Source: Coleofasciculus sp. B1-GNL1-01
Lineage (GTDB): Bacteria > Cyanobacteriota > Cyanobacteriia > Cyanobacteriales > Coleofasciculaceae
DNA: 64,000 nt
Assembly (NCBI GenBank): GCA_040220235.1
Contig: JAVJTO010000060.1
Reading direction: 5' to 3' (one strand)
A program made the translations under genes and the position numbers. Below, one piece after another: positions 39,880-52,500 of this stretch (its first letter is position 1; each line of letters opens with the position of its first letter). Under the pieces are notes generated by a model. That model was given only the letters and a program-made list of their open reading frames with translations. It was not told the origin of the DNA and searched no databases.

Positions 39880-42800
39880 TTAAGCCCCTTGAACCATTTC
39901 ACCCATTGTCACCACAATCTTACGATCGCCTACGTAAGGATTGCGTCCGTGAGCAGCCAGCATATTATCTAGCATTAACACATCTCCTCTCTGCCAAGGA
40001 AAGCTCACTTGAGCGTTTTGGTAAACTGCCATAATTTCTTCAATGACAGAATCTTCAATTGGCGAGTGATCACCATAGTAAACATGCCGTGGAAGATTAT
40101 CTTCACTGAAAGTAGAGAGTAAGGATTCCCTAACTTCTGGTTTTAGGCAAGAGGCATGGTGTAACTGGATTTGATTAAAAAATACCGACTCACCCGTCTG
40201 AGGATGCTGGATAATTGCCGGACGCACCTGACGAGTTCTTAAGCCTCCATCTGGTTTCCACTCAACATGAATTGATGCTTTGCGACAATAGTCCTCCACT
40301 TTCTTCTTATCAGTGGTATGAAAAAAGTCTTGCCAGCTTACATCCAAACCATTGGTATAGTTTCGGACATACATTAACTGCTTTTTATCAAATATTTCTA
40401 GCAGTTTTGGATCGAGTAATTGAAAGATTTTCCGACAGTCAACTATCGGCGTTTCTCCCCCTGATTGAGACGGTTGCACACAGAAAAACCAGATTTTTTG
40501 GGGCCAGCAGTGCAGATGAGAACTTTCGTTGTGAAATAAGATAGCCTGGTCGGAAGGATAGGGGGTCGAGCCATAAACTTTTCCAGAAACTCCTTCACGC
40601 GGTAAATCACCGTATTCTCCAAATAAACTTGGACAAATAGCTTCAGCTAACCTTTCAAACTCAAAGATTGAGTTAATATCAAATTCTCGGAAAAGAATAG
40701 CGCCATGCTTTAAGAGTTTGCTCTCTATTAATTCCCGATTACTCTTAACCCATTGTATTACACAAACCTCTTCAATATTCGGTTTAATTACAAAAGGCAA
40801 TGTTTCCTTGGTCGGTAAATAACCCGTCTTTATCAGTTTCTCTTGTGATAAGTCTACAGCTTGAGGTTGAACTGCCAAAAACTGCTTGAGTTTTGTGATT
40901 TTATTCTGTTTTTTCACAGCTTGTTGTTCTTTTTCAGTTTCCGTACTCATGTCTAGAGTATTTATTCTGGCATCAGGTTGCGCCACAATGGTCTTGAGTA
41001 GCGTCTCTAACTGACCTGACATACGGTTGATCGTGGCGGCTTCAAACAAGTCAGCATTGTACTGCCACTTTCCTTCAATCCCTTGATCCGTTTCTGTCAG
41101 AAATAAAACCAAATCAAACCTTGCTATTTCGTTATCGACCTCCAGAAGGCTTAGCGTTAGTCCTGGTAACTCCAAAGGCGGCATCGGGGCATTTTGAAGT
41201 ACAAACAACACCTGAAATAGAGGGGTGTGGCTCGATTTTCGCTTAGGCTGTAGAGCGTCTACTAATTTGTCGAAGGGTAAATCTTGATGAGCATAAGCTC
41301 CTAAGGCTACCTCCCGTACTCGTTTAAGCAACTCTCGGAAACTGGGGTTTCCACTCAAGTCGGTACGCAAGACTAGCAAGTTGACAAAAAAACCAATCAA
41401 TGGCTCTATCTCAGCCCGATTACGATTGGCAACATCAGTACCGACAACAATGTCATCTTGATGGGTGTAGCGTTGTAGCAGTACCTGAAAACCTGCCAGC
41501 AGAGTCATGAATAAGGTAACTCCCTCTTGGTGCGAGAGTGCTTGGAGCGCTTTGGATAGGTTGGCGGGAATTAGGAACGATTGAGTAGCACCTCGGTTGG
41601 TTTTTACTTCTTCTCTAGGACGAACTGTAGGCAATTGCAGCACAGGTAGATTACCACCCAATTGCTGCTTCCAGTAAGCGAGTTGGGCTTCCAGTACCTC
41701 TCCTTGCAACCACTGTCGTTGCCAAACGGCAAAGTCTGCGTACTGGATAGGCAGTTCTGGTAGTGGAGAGGGCTGACCGTCACAAAAGGCTTCGTAAAGT
41801 GCGGCGAACTCTCGTACCAACACGCCTATTGACCAACCATCTGAAACAATGTGATGAATTGTGAACAATAGGACATGCTCTTTCTCGTCAAGGCGTAGGA
41901 GAGTGTATCGCAGAAGTGGTCCTTGAACCAGGTTGAAAGGGCGTTGGGCTTCTTGACGAGCTAGGCGCTGAACCTCAGCTTCTCGTGCAGCTTCTGGCCA
42001 ATCGCAAATATCTATTATGGGCAGGCTCAGATTGAGGGCTGGGGTTATCACTTGAACGGGTTGCCCATCAGTTTGGGAAAAGGTCGTTCGTAGACCTTCG
42101 TGACGACGCACGATTTCATTGAAACTCTGTTCTAGTACAGTGACATTGAGTTCCCCAACTAGGCGCACGGCAGCAGGAGTATTGTAAATACCACTGTTTG
42201 GCTGTAGTTGCTCTAGTAACCACAGTCGCTGTTGAGCAAAGGACAGGGGTTGCTTGGCTTGTCGGGAGACACGCTCAATGGTATAAGCTTTGTGTTCTAG
42301 TTCTGCCTTCATTAGCTCTTGGATGCCCTTAGCCAGTCCAGCTATGGTCGGTGACTCAAACAAGCAGCGTAGCGGCAGTTCTACCTTGAAGGTTTTTCGT
42401 AGGAGAGAAATCACCTGAGTAGCCAAGAGTGAATGTCCACCTAACTCAAAGAAATTGTCGTAGACCCCTACCTGCTTGAGACCAAGAACTTGAGTCCAAA
42501 TCCTAGCTAGCTCTTGTTCAAGGGAATCGCGAGGTGCGACAAAAGAGCTTTTCAGATAGGAGCTAGCGATATCAGGTGCGGGCAGAACACTACGATCTAT
42601 CTTGCCGTTGGGTGTCAGCGGTAGCACCTCTAACTGCATAAAGACCGACGGCATCATATAATTCGGTAGCTTTTCCTCTAATAAGTTACGCAGTTCGTGA
42701 ATGATGCCATCTAACGATGCCTGAGCCAGCAAATACGCTACCAAGCGCTGGTTGCCAGGTTCATCTTCCCTAGCTATAACCACAGCTTGTTGCACGGCTT

Positions 42801-45456
42801 GGTGTTGGCTCAGTACAGCTTCAATCTCTCCTAGCTCAATGCGGCAGCCGCGAATTTTTACCTGATGGTCGATGCGACCAAGGTACTCAATTGTTCCATC
42901 TGGGAGATAACGAGCTAAGTCACCCGTCTTGTAAACTCTCGTCGGTTGGTCATCAAGATACGCAAAGGAGTTGGGAATAAATTTATCAGCGGTCAGATTT
43001 GGGCGTTTGAGGTAGCCTCGTGCTAGTCCAGCACCGCTGATGTGTAACTCACCAGGAATACCAATAGGTACAGATTGTCCTTGGGAGTCGAGCAAATAAA
43101 TCTGGGTGTTGGCAATTGGTCGTCCGATGCTCGCTAAGGCACCCGATCGTTCTGTCGCTTCTACCTTATGAACCGTTGACCAAATAGTCGTCTCCGTCGG
43201 ACCATAAAGATTCCAAACGGAAGCACCTTTTTTTAGTAACTGCTTCGCCAGATCACTGGGTAAAGCTTCTCCACCACTAAGGATTTTCAACTGAGAACTA
43301 CCTTGCCACTCAGCAGCCAGAAGCATTCGCCAAGTAGCTGGAGTAGCTTGCATAACAGTAGCACCAGCAGCAGTCAGCCTTGCACTAAGCTTTTTACCAT
43401 CCGTGGCTACTTCGCGGCTGACCAATACAAGCCGTGCACCAACCATTAGGGTCAGGTACAGTTCTAGGGCAGCTATATCAAATGATATGGAAGTAACCGC
43501 TAAGAGGGTGTCAGACTCTGTTAATCCTGGCTTACACTCCATCGACTTCAAGAAGTTGACGACGGCATTGTGAGAAATTTGCACCCCTTTGGGTTTCCCT
43601 GTAGAACCTGATGTGTAAATGACGTAAGCCAAGTTTTCCGGTGTGACGTTGCTCACAGGATTTTCTTGGCTAATTATTTCCCAAGCTTCCCCTTTTGCAT
43701 CTAAACAGATGATATGCCCCTGATGTTCAGGCAGTCGTTGAAGTAACTGCTTTTGGGTCAGCAGTAACGGTGTTTGGGAATCCGATAACATGAAGGCTAG
43801 CCGCTCCGATGGATAGGTTGGGTCGAGCGGCACGTAAGCTCCCCCGGCTTTGAGGATACCCAGCAGTCCGACGACCATTTCCAAGGAGCGCTCTACACAG
43901 ATACCCACCAGTACCTCTGACCTTACGCCCAGCTTTTGTAGATAGTGCGCTAGCTGATTAGCTTGGGTGTTGAGTTCTCGGTAGGTTAACTGTTGGTCTT
44001 CAAATACTACGGCAATGGCATCAGGCATCCGCTCCACCTGAGTTTCAAATAGCTGATGGATGCACAAATCTTGGGGATAATCCGCCTGTGTAGCATTCCA
44101 CTCCACCAGGAGTTGCTGCCGTTCTGCCTCTGTCAAGATAGGCAAGTCTGCCAGACACTGCTCAGGGTTGGCAACAATACCTTCTAGCAAAGTTTGAAAA
44201 TGCCCCAGCATCCGAGATATTGTGTCGCTGTCGAAGCGATCGCGATCATAGAAAATCTCTAGGGATAACTCTGAATTCACTTCCACCGACACCGTTAGGG
44301 GATAATGGGTTTGCCCAAAAGTACGAATTTCAGAAATTTCTAGATTACCGCTTAGCTGTTGCGAGGCAAAATCACTGGGGTACGTCTGAATGTTCAATAT
44401 GTTCTCAAACAGAGGCAACCCAGGGGCTATATCACTCCATTTAATCACTTCTATTAGTGGGCTATATTCGTACTGACGCACCTCATTTTGCTGTTTTTGA
44501 AGCTGCTTTAGCCAAGGTAAGAGCAATTCATCTGAATTGATGTACGCTCGCACTGGCAGGGTATTAATAAACACCCCCACCATTGAATTAGCTCCTGCTA
44601 GAGTGGGCGGACGCCCGGACATGACAGCTCCAAAGACCACATCGCTCTCGCCACTGTAACGGCTCAGAAGCAACGCCCAAACTCCTTGCATCAACGTGTT
44701 CAGCGTTAGCTGTTGCTGCTGAGCAAAAGAGCGCAATGCTGCTGTTGTTGCTATCGATAGTTGAATGTTTTGATTGTCATAATGGTTGCCTTGGCGAACC
44801 GAGCTGCTCGGCTTGCGATCGACCCTCAGAGAAGTTGCTGTAGTAAAGCCCTTGAGCCGTTGCCGCCAGAACTTTTCAGCCTGAGATAAATCCTGCTGCT
44901 GTACCCAGGCTACATAGTCCCGGTAAGGACGGGGTTGCTCTAGGTGCAAAGTTTGACCTTGGCTAAAGGCTTTATAAAAAGCAAAGAGTTCCTGGAAAAT
45001 TAGAGGTGTAGACCATCCATCCATTAACAGGTGGTGGCGGTTCCAGATGAATTGATATTCATCTTCAGCTAACTGGATTAAAGCTAACCTAATCAGTGGT
45101 GCCTGAGAAAGTTTAAAGTCCCCCTCTCGATCTTCCTTAAGCAAATCCTCTAAGCGCTTTTGTTGTTCGAGTGTTGCTAACCTTCGCCAATCTTGCTGTT
45201 CCCAGGGTAGCTTTGTTTGTTTCTGCACTACTTGAATAGGTTCTTTGACATTTTCCCAAATGAAGAAGGTTCGTAAAACCTGATGCCGATCTATCAACTG
45301 CTGCCAAGCCTGCTTGAATGCTGAGATATTCAAGTCTCCATGGATGGTGAAGTGGAACTGTTCACAATACATTCCCGATTTTGGGGCATAGAGGGTGTGA
45401 AACAGTATCCCCTGCTGCATGGGTGAAAGTGGGTAGATATCTTCGACGTTTTTCAT
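39880..45456 (-). CDS. NRPS: C(DCL)-A(Gly)-T-C-fused Fe(II)/2OG beta-hydroxylase
   Basis: MKNVEDIYPLSPMQQG (ATG 45456; ORF track extends to 45489); HHLLMDGW; code DILQLGLIWK; HHIVSDGW; FHNESSH...HGR. Confidence 0.92.
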   Translation of the reverse strand: MKNVEDIYPLSPMQQGILFHTLYAPKSGMYCEQFHFTIHGDLNISAFKQAWQQLIDRHQVLRTFFIWENVKEPIQVVQKQTKLPWEQQDWRRLATLEQQKRLEDLLKEDREGDFKLSQAPLIRLALIQLAEDEYQFIWNRHHLLMDGWSTPLIFQELFAFYKAFSQGQTLHLEQPRPYRDYVAWVQQQDLSQAEKFWRQRLKGFTTATSLRVDRKPSSSVRQGNHYDNQNIQLSIATTAALRSFAQQQQLTLNTLMQGVWALLLSRYSGESDVVFGAVMSGRPPTLAGANSMVGVFINTLPVRAYINSDELLLPWLKQLQKQQNEVRQYEYSPLIEVIKWSDIAPGLPLFENILNIQTYPSDFASQQLSGNLEISEIRTFGQTHYPLTVSVEVNSELSLEIFYDRDRFDSDTISRMLGHFQTLLEGIVANPEQCLADLPILTEAERQQLLVEWNATQADYPQDLCIHQLFETQVERMPDAIAVVFEDQQLTYRELNTQANQLAHYLQKLGVRSEVLVGICVERSLEMVVGLLGILKAGGAYVPLDPTYPSERLAFMLSDSQTPLLLTQKQLLQRLPEHQGHIICLDAKGEAWEIISQENPVSNVTPENLAYVIYTSGSTGKPKGVQISHNAVVNFLKSMECKPGLTESDTLLAVTSISFDIAALELYLTLMVGARLVLVSREVATDGKKLSARLTAAGATVMQATPATWRMLLAAEWQGSSQLKILSGGEALPSDLAKQLLKKGASVWNLYGPTETTIWSTVHKVEATERSGALASIGRPIANTQIYLLDSQGQSVPIGIPGELHISGAGLARGYLKRPNLTADKFIPNSFAYLDDQPTRVYKTGDLARYLPDGTIEYLGRIDHQVKIRGCRIELGEIEAVLSQHQAVQQAVVIAREDEPGNQRLVAYLLAQASLDGIIHELRNLLEEKLPNYMMPSVFMQLEVLPLTPNGKIDRSVLPAPDIASSYLKSSFVAPRDSLEQELARIWTQVLGLKQVGVYDNFFELGGHSLLATQVISLLRKTFKVELPLRCLFESPTIAGLAKGIQELMKAELEHKAYTIERVSRQAKQPLSFAQQRLWLLEQLQPNSGIYNTPAAVRLVGELNVTVLEQSFNEIVRRHEGLRTTFSQTDGQPVQVITPALNLSLPIIDICDWPEAAREAEVQRLARQEAQRPFNLVQGPLLRYTLLRLDEKEHVLLFTIHHIVSDGWSIGVLVREFAALYEAFCDGQPSPLPELPIQYADFAVWQRQWLQGEVLEAQLAYWKQQLGGNLPVLQLPTVRPREEVKTNRGATQSFLIPANLSKALQALSHQEGVTLFMTLLAGFQVLLQRYTHQDDIVVGTDVANRNRAEIEPLIGFFVNLLVLRTDLSGNPSFRELLKRVREVALGAYAHQDLPFDKLVDALQPKRKSSHTPLFQVLFVLQNAPMPPLELPGLTLSLLEVDNEIARFDLVLFLTETDQGIEGKWQYNADLFEAATINRMSGQLETLLKTIVAQPDARINTLDMSTETEKEQQAVKKQNKITKLKQFLAVQPQAVDLSQEKLIKTGYLPTKETLPFVIKPNIEEVCVIQWVKSNRELIESKLLKHGAILFREFDINSIFEFERLAEAICPSLFGEYGDLPREGVSGKVYGSTPYPSDQAILFHNESSHLHCWPQKIWFFCVQPSQSGGETPIVDCRKIFQLLDPKLLEIFDKKQLMYVRNYTNGLDVSWQDFFHTTDKKKVEDYCRKASIHVEWKPDGGLRTRQVRPAIIQHPQTGESVFFNQIQLHHASCLKPEVRESLLSTFSEDNLPRHVYYGDHSPIEDSVIEEIMAVYQNAQVSFPWQRGDVLMLDNMLAAHGRNPYVGDRKIVVTMGEMVQGA

Positions 45457-45547
45457 TGTTTTTCTAAGCCTAGGAACAAGAGTTTTCAAATTGACTTAAC
45501 GGCTTGGGTAGACTTTGCACGGATTACTTAGTTAAAAAAATGGTTCA

Positions 45548-46516
45548 TTAGTTTTGATAAGAATAGCGACTAAAAAATGGGTAAAACTCCATATTTATTC
45601 TCACGCGGTCAATTAATTTAGGAGTCCAATCTGCCCCATGCCTGCTTTTAGGGGGAGATTTATAAACAAAATCTGCACAATCTTTTAAGTAGTCGCTCGG
45701 ATGTTCAACTTCTAAAAAATTACAAATTTTTATTAAGTGGTCTTTTGGATTTTCAATAAATGATTCGTAATAAATGTCCAAACACTTACTAGAATTGAGT
45801 TTTTCTTTAAGTCCTGCAACTGCTTTGTATAGCAAAAAATATAGCTCTATTGTGGTTTCCAGATCTAACGTTTTTTTATTTAAATATCGATAGAATGGAT
45901 ATTTGAGGTTGAGAGATTCTTTTTTAAGAAGATTGGTTTTTTTCATCAATGTAGTAATGGTGTCATAAGGGTTTCTGATGACATGAATAAACTGAGATGA
46001 GGGTTTGGATTTAGTGCATAAAGACTTGAATAAATTGGGATTTAGATACAACCACAGCGTTGCACCGGGTCCCTGTTTATCTCCAATGACCTTAAGTTCT
46101 CTAAATCGTCCTTGCCATTGGTTAGAAATCCCATAAGAATATCCTCCCATTTCTCGATTTTCTTGGGCATTGATTTGGGACAGTTTTATAATTAACGAGT
46201 AATGTTGCTGTTGACTAAATCCATCCTTTAGGTATCGTATGGCATTTAATTCGTCAGAGATGACCATTTCTGGATGAGCATCTATTAAGGAAGCAATTAG
46301 ACTGTGACCACTTCTCGTTGACCCAATGAACGTGCAATATTTATTTATCGTTTTGAAAGACTCTCGATTTTTAAGCGCTTTATAGGCGGATTGAATATAC
46401 TCATGAAACTTATCGGGGAATATCCGTCCATTCAGGTGACGGATATAGAGATGATAAAATTCTTGAGTCTGAGGACTAATTCCCTTTAATAGGGCTTCTT
46501 CTAAACTATTGTTCAT
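45548..46516 (-). CDS. Sulfotransferase-family protein
   Basis: 5'-PSB-like FIGSTRSGHSL..LIDAHP, 3'-PB-like FIHVIRNPYD, YESFIENP. Confidence 0.75.
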   Translation of the reverse strand: MNNSLEEALLKGISPQTQEFYHLYIRHLNGRIFPDKFHEYIQSAYKALKNRESFKTINKYCTFIGSTRSGHSLIASLIDAHPEMVISDELNAIRYLKDGFSQQQHYSLIIKLSQINAQENREMGGYSYGISNQWQGRFRELKVIGDKQGPGATLWLYLNPNLFKSLCTKSKPSSQFIHVIRNPYDTITTLMKKTNLLKKESLNLKYPFYRYLNKKTLDLETTIELYFLLYKAVAGLKEKLNSSKCLDIYYESFIENPKDHLIKICNFLEVEHPSDYLKDCADFVYKSPPKSRHGADWTPKLIDRVRINMEFYPFFSRYSYQN

Positions 46517-46597
46517 GCTTGTCTGATCTATGGGTAAATTTAGCTGAACTGAATGAAGGAGAATGATTGAACAGATGAATGAGGATTTATATAGATA

Positions 46598-49500
46598 CTA
46601 GGGAGCATCTAATTCTTCAGATTGATTAATAGCTGCCAGAATGTTGTCGAGGTCAGCTTGGTTCCATTGGCTGGACTTAAACTGTGCAAAGTCAGAAGGC
46701 GTATAGTTTTCTACTGAAGATGATTGACAGGAGGTAATCAGCGATCGCAACACTCCTACAAACTCTTGAGATAATCCCTCAACTGTTTCCCTTTGATGTA
46801 CATTCCCGCTATAACTCCAATCCACTCTTAGCTGACTCTGGGCAATCGACCCATTAATCTCGAACAGATGGCTTCGCTTGGCACGGGGACTGCAAGTTGA
46901 GCCGCTAAATTGTTGAGACATCTCGAATAACGAAGACTCAGGTAAAGTTTGATCGAATTGACCGAGATAGAGGAACAGAACCTCTGCTTCTGGGAGCGAT
47001 CGCAATTGTTCGGTAATGATCTCATCCTCATTCAGGTAGCGCAGCGCACCGTAGCCAATGCCTTGATTCGGAAAGTTACGGAGTTGCTCTTTCACCTGCT
47101 TCAAGGCTTCTTGGGGTTGAGCCTCTTCCCCAATGTCCAAAAGCACGGGGGCAATAGTGGTAAACCAGCCTACTGTCCGTGACACATCCACACAATCAAA
47201 GATGACGTCCCGTCCATTTCCTTCTAAGTCAACCAACAGCGATAGCGAAGCGCTGCTGCGTTCGCCCTTGGCGTCTCCCCTTGGGAGAAGCGCAGATCGC
47301 ACTCCAGTCCACTTGGCAAAAGCCTGTGCTAAGGCGGCAAGCAGCACGTCCTCTATCTGCACTCGATAGGCGGCTGAGACTGTCTCTAGTAACGTCTGTG
47401 TCTCTTCCACACTCAGGCTTACTGACACAGTCTGAACTGATGCTACAGTGTTATCACCCCTTGGATCATCCACTGGCAGTGGTGATACCCATTCACGAGA
47501 GGCTGCCAACCAATAGACTTGCTCCCGTTGCAATTCCGTTGACTGGGCGTACTCCGTGAGCCGTTCAGCCCACTGTTTGAATGAAGTCGTCTTAGGCGCA
47601 AGCTGAATCGCTTGACCCTGGCTGAGCTGTTGGTAGGCTGTTTCCAGATCCTCCAGCAAAATTCGCCAAGAGCCAACATCCACAAGCAGATGGTGGATTA
47701 TGAACAGCAGGCGACTTGGCTTGTGCAACCCCAGGTCAAAAAAGGCAACTCTTACTAATGGTTCTGATCCAAGGTTAAAACTCCCTTGTAACTCGCTAGC
47801 GGCTGCCTCAAAAGCCTGTTCTTGCAACTCAGGTGATAGGGCTGACAAATCTATTTTGGAGAAAGGGACAACGCCGTTAGGACTGGCATTAACCTGCTTC
47901 CAGCTTGATTCCTCTGGTAAAAAACGTAGACGGAGCGCATCATGGTGTATGAGCAAATGCTGAACCACCTGCTCCAATCGCTCTAGATTCAGAGGTTGTT
48001 GCACCTCCAGCAAAATTGCCTGGTTCCAATGGTGGGCGTCAAGTCGATTCTGTTCAAAAAACCAGTGCTGGGTCGGTGTTAGAGGGACTCGTCCTTGGAT
48101 TATGCCCTGTTCGGCTAAAATTGTCTCGGTTTTGCTGGCTACCTCTGCCAACTCAGCGATCGTGGGATATTCAAATATCTGCTGATTAGTCAGACGCAGA
48201 TTCATTTTATTGGCTCTGGCAGTAATCTGAATGCTGAGCAGAGAATCCCCACCCAACTCCAAAAAGTTGTCGTAGATGCCGATTTGCTCAATACCCAGGA
48301 TTTCTTGCCAAATATTGGCAAGAGTTTGCTCAACTTCATTTCTGGGAGCAATGTATGTACTCTGTAAACTGGGTCTTGAGTAAAGTGAAGGAGAATTGAT
48401 TTGATTATCGTCTACAGATTTACCCTTAGTCCACTGCTCGATTCTCGCGTTGATATCGACAGTAGAGGTTACAACTTGAGTCACTGTATCTAAGGATAAT
48501 ACACGTTTAAATACCTCCAATCCTTCTTCAGGTGTCATGAACAATTCAGTTGATATCTCTGGTCTAGTCGTTAATTGCTCGGCTAATTCCCTTGTTAACC
48601 AATTATCCCAATTAACACTAATCCAGCGAACAGAGTTTTCCTGATTATGCTTGTAAACAAACGCATCGGTGAATAGGTGTGCTGCCGGATAAGCTGCCAT
48701 ACCTAACACCCCCACAACAGAGGATATGGAAGAAATAAGTAAGCAGAAATCTAGCTCGATTCCCTGCAAAACCTTTTCTAAGACAAACAGTCCATGTCCA
48801 TTGGCTCTCAGTTGCTGATCAGACTCAATTCTATTGAGTTCCCTAATCGTACTCAATAATTTAAGTCCGGCGGCGTGGATGACTCCATCAATTTGACCAA
48901 AGCGTTCGAGAGATTGCGCGATCGCTGCTTGCATTTGTGACTCACTAGCAACATCAGCGCTGAGAACGAGAACTTCTGCCCCTACGTCTTCAAGTACCTG
49001 AAGTTTTTGTATTTTCCGACTCACTGGGTCTTGTTCATCATGAGTTGTTAGCCATGTCTCCCATTCATCTCTACTGGGAAAAGCCGAACGTCCTAGGAGT
49101 ATTAATTTGGCTCGCACTGTCTGAGCTAAATATTGGGCAAACTCAAGACCAATACCTCCTAATCCACCAGTAATTAGGTAGACTCCTCCTTCCCTCAACT
49201 GAGTTTTTGATCCATCCACCTTCTCATCCAAATGAACTGGCTCAAAGGTTTGTACCCAGCGATGATGTCCACGGTGGGCAACCACTAACTCAGATGCTTT
49301 AGCCGTCAATTCTGCTATTAGTTTGTCTATCAGTTGATTTTCCTGGGAAGTTCCTGAAGCGGGAAGATCAACATCAATACTTCGACAGGTGATGTTAGGA
49401 AACTCTTGGGGAATAACTTTGCCCATTCCTAACACAGTGGCTTTTTCTGGAGTTAATCGTTCAACACCTGTAAGGTCGTGAATATCGTTAGTGACGACCA

Positions 49501-52500
49501 GGATATTGATGGAAGAAGTAATGTCTTGTTTACCAATCGCTTGTGCCAGAAACAGCAGACTGTAAAAACCTAAATTTTGACAACTTTCAAAAAACTCGAT
49601 TCCCGATTGTCTCTGCTCATTCGGTGTGAGACTCCATAAATGGATAATCTCGTCAGGAACTTGGTCTAATAGTTGCAAATCTTCGAGCAAGGTGTCGTAG
49701 TCATTCGGCTGCTGAGGATTGATAGTATATTTGCCTTCGCCAAGTTTGCTAAACCGCTCTCCTGGGACTACAGTGATGACATCTTGATTGCCAAGTTCTA
49801 GATGTTTGACAATTTGTGAGCCGATTTGACCCGTATCGACGAAGACTAGCCAGTATTTTTTTGGCTCTATCTGTTCTCGAATCGGTGTAATCGCTTGTTT
49901 CCAGACGGGGACATAGAACCAGTCTGCAATATCTGGCTTTTTATAGTCTGCTGAAGCAGAATCCCTTGATTTTTTCTGGGGTTCAATCCAGTAACGTTGA
50001 CGCTCAAAGGGATAGGTGGGTAAAGGAAGTCGGTGGCGGTATTCCGAAGCGTAAAATCCAGACCAGTCTACTGGAACTCCCCTTAACCAGAGCTTACCCA
50101 GTGTACTCAGCAAGAATTTTACATCGGAGTATTCCTGCTTAGGATGACGTAGTGAAGAGAGTATCATCGGTTCATCTGCCCGATTGAAATGCTTTTTCAC
50201 CAAAGTAGACAGGGTACGTCCAGCACCCACTTCTAGGAAGATGTGATTGGGTTCACAGAGCAAATGGGTAATGCCAGCCGAAAACTTCACAGTTTGTCGT
50301 AGATGTCTAGCCCAGTAATTGGGATCGGTGGCTTCTGTGGCTGTAATCCATTGCCCTGTGACGTTGGAAATAAAGGGAATATTGGGAGGATTGAGCTTGA
50401 CTTTTTTGACTTGTTCCTTATAAGACTCCAGAATAGAGTCCATCATTGAGGAGTGAAAGGCATGGGAGGTATGAAGACGACCACAGTCTATGCCTTTAGC
50501 CGCGAGTTTTTCTTGAAACGCATCTATTAATTCATGGGAACCCGAAACGACACAGGAGGCGGGGTCGTTGGTAGCAGCTAAGGATAACCCTTCACTGAGT
50601 AAAGTGTTAATCTCTGTCTGGGATCGTGGAATGGAGAGCATAGCACCAGTGGGTAGCTGCTGCATCAATCGCCCACGGGTAGCCACTAGTGCTAAAGCCT
50701 CTTCAAGAGACATTACACCAGCAAGGCAAGCCGCAACATATTCCCCAATACTGTGACCAATCATGGCTTGGGGGGAAATACCCCATGACATCCACAACTG
50801 AGCTAGGGCATACTCAATGACAAACAAGGCGGGTTGAGTAATGTCAGTTTGTTTCAGTGTCTTGGCTGCTGCTAGTGCTTCTGATTCGTTCGGATAGATT
50901 TGCGATCGCAAATCCAGCCCCAAGTGCGGTTTGAGTACTTCACAGCAGTAGTCAACCTGTTGCTGAAATTGTGGCTCACTTTGGTATAGTTCTTTACCCA
51001 TGTCCACATACTGAGTACCCTGTCCAGGAAACATGAACACAACAGGGCGATCGCCTGGTTCTTGGTAATGGGTCAAAACTTGCTGGGGTTCTAGGGATTC
51101 GAGCAACTTGACTGTATCGTCAATCGTCTGACCCACCAACATGCGACGATGGTTGAATTCCCGGCGTCCCACTTGCAGGGTATAAGCCACATCCCCTAGC
51201 TTGAGGTGAGGATTCTGCCTGAGGTGTTGGGCGAGATTCTCTGTGGCAGTTTCCAGTGCCGATTCCGTTTTGGCACACAGGAGTAACAACTGCCAAGGGC
51301 GAGACGGACTAGACGGTGGCAACACTGGGGCTTCTTCGAGAACCAGATGGGCGTTTGTTCCACCTATACCCAAAGAACTAACGCCAGCACGGCGAGGGGT
51401 TAATCCTGCTTTCCATTCGGTTAGCGTAGTATTGACGTAAAAAGGACTATTGGCAAAATCAATCTGGGGATTGGGTTCGTTGAAATTCAGGCTGGGTGGT
51501 ATTGACTGGTGTTGGAGAGCTAGAACGGTTTTGATCAGTCCTGCTATGCCTGCGGCTGCATCTAAATGACCGATATTGGTTTTAACTGAACCAATGGCAC
51601 AGAAGCCCTTTTTCTCAGTGTTGGCACGAAAAACATTGGTCAGTGCGGCAATTTCAATGGGATCGCCCAGGGCTGTTCCTGTGCCGTGGGCTTCAATATA
51701 GTTAATGGTTTCAGGCTCCACTCTTGCCAGCATCATTGCTTCTGCGATCGCCTCGGCTTGACCATTCACGCTAGGCGCTGTGTAGCCAACTTTCAAAGAA
51801 CCGTCGTTGTTAATGGCTGCACCTTTAATCACAGCCTGAATACAATCACCATCAGCGATCGCATCTGCCAGTCGCTTTAAAACAACAACTCCCACGCCAT
51901 TACCAATGATGATTCCCTGTGCTTTGGCATCAAAAGCACGGCAGTGACCATCGGGAGATAACGTTCCTCCTTCTTCATAGAGATAGCCAGTTTTTTGGGG
52001 TACTCGGATTGACACCCCACCAACCAACGCCATATCACATTGGTAATTGAGCAAACTTTGGCAAGCCAGTGTTGTCGCCACTAATGATGTAGAACAGGCG
52101 GTTTGAACAGTAATACTGGGTCCGGTCAGATTTAATTTGTAAGAAACACGAGTCGTGAGGAAATCTTTATCATTACCAATCAAGGTCTGGTAGCATTTCG
52201 CTGAGCCTACTTTGTCATGGTTTACATCAAAAGACAGATAATTATTGAGACTTGCACCTGCATAAACTCCAATCCGACTCTTACACCTTTGGGAATCATA
52301 GCCCGCCTTTTCAAGAGCTTCCCAAGCACACTCTAAGAACAGGCGGTGTTGCGGATCGGTTGTTTCAGCTTCTTTAGGGTTAAAGTCAAAGAAGGAAGCA
52401 TCAAATAATTCAACATCTTCTACTATTGCACCAGTTTTTACATAATTTAATTTGTTTAAAACTGCCTGATCTATTCCCGATGCTATCAATTCAGCATCCG

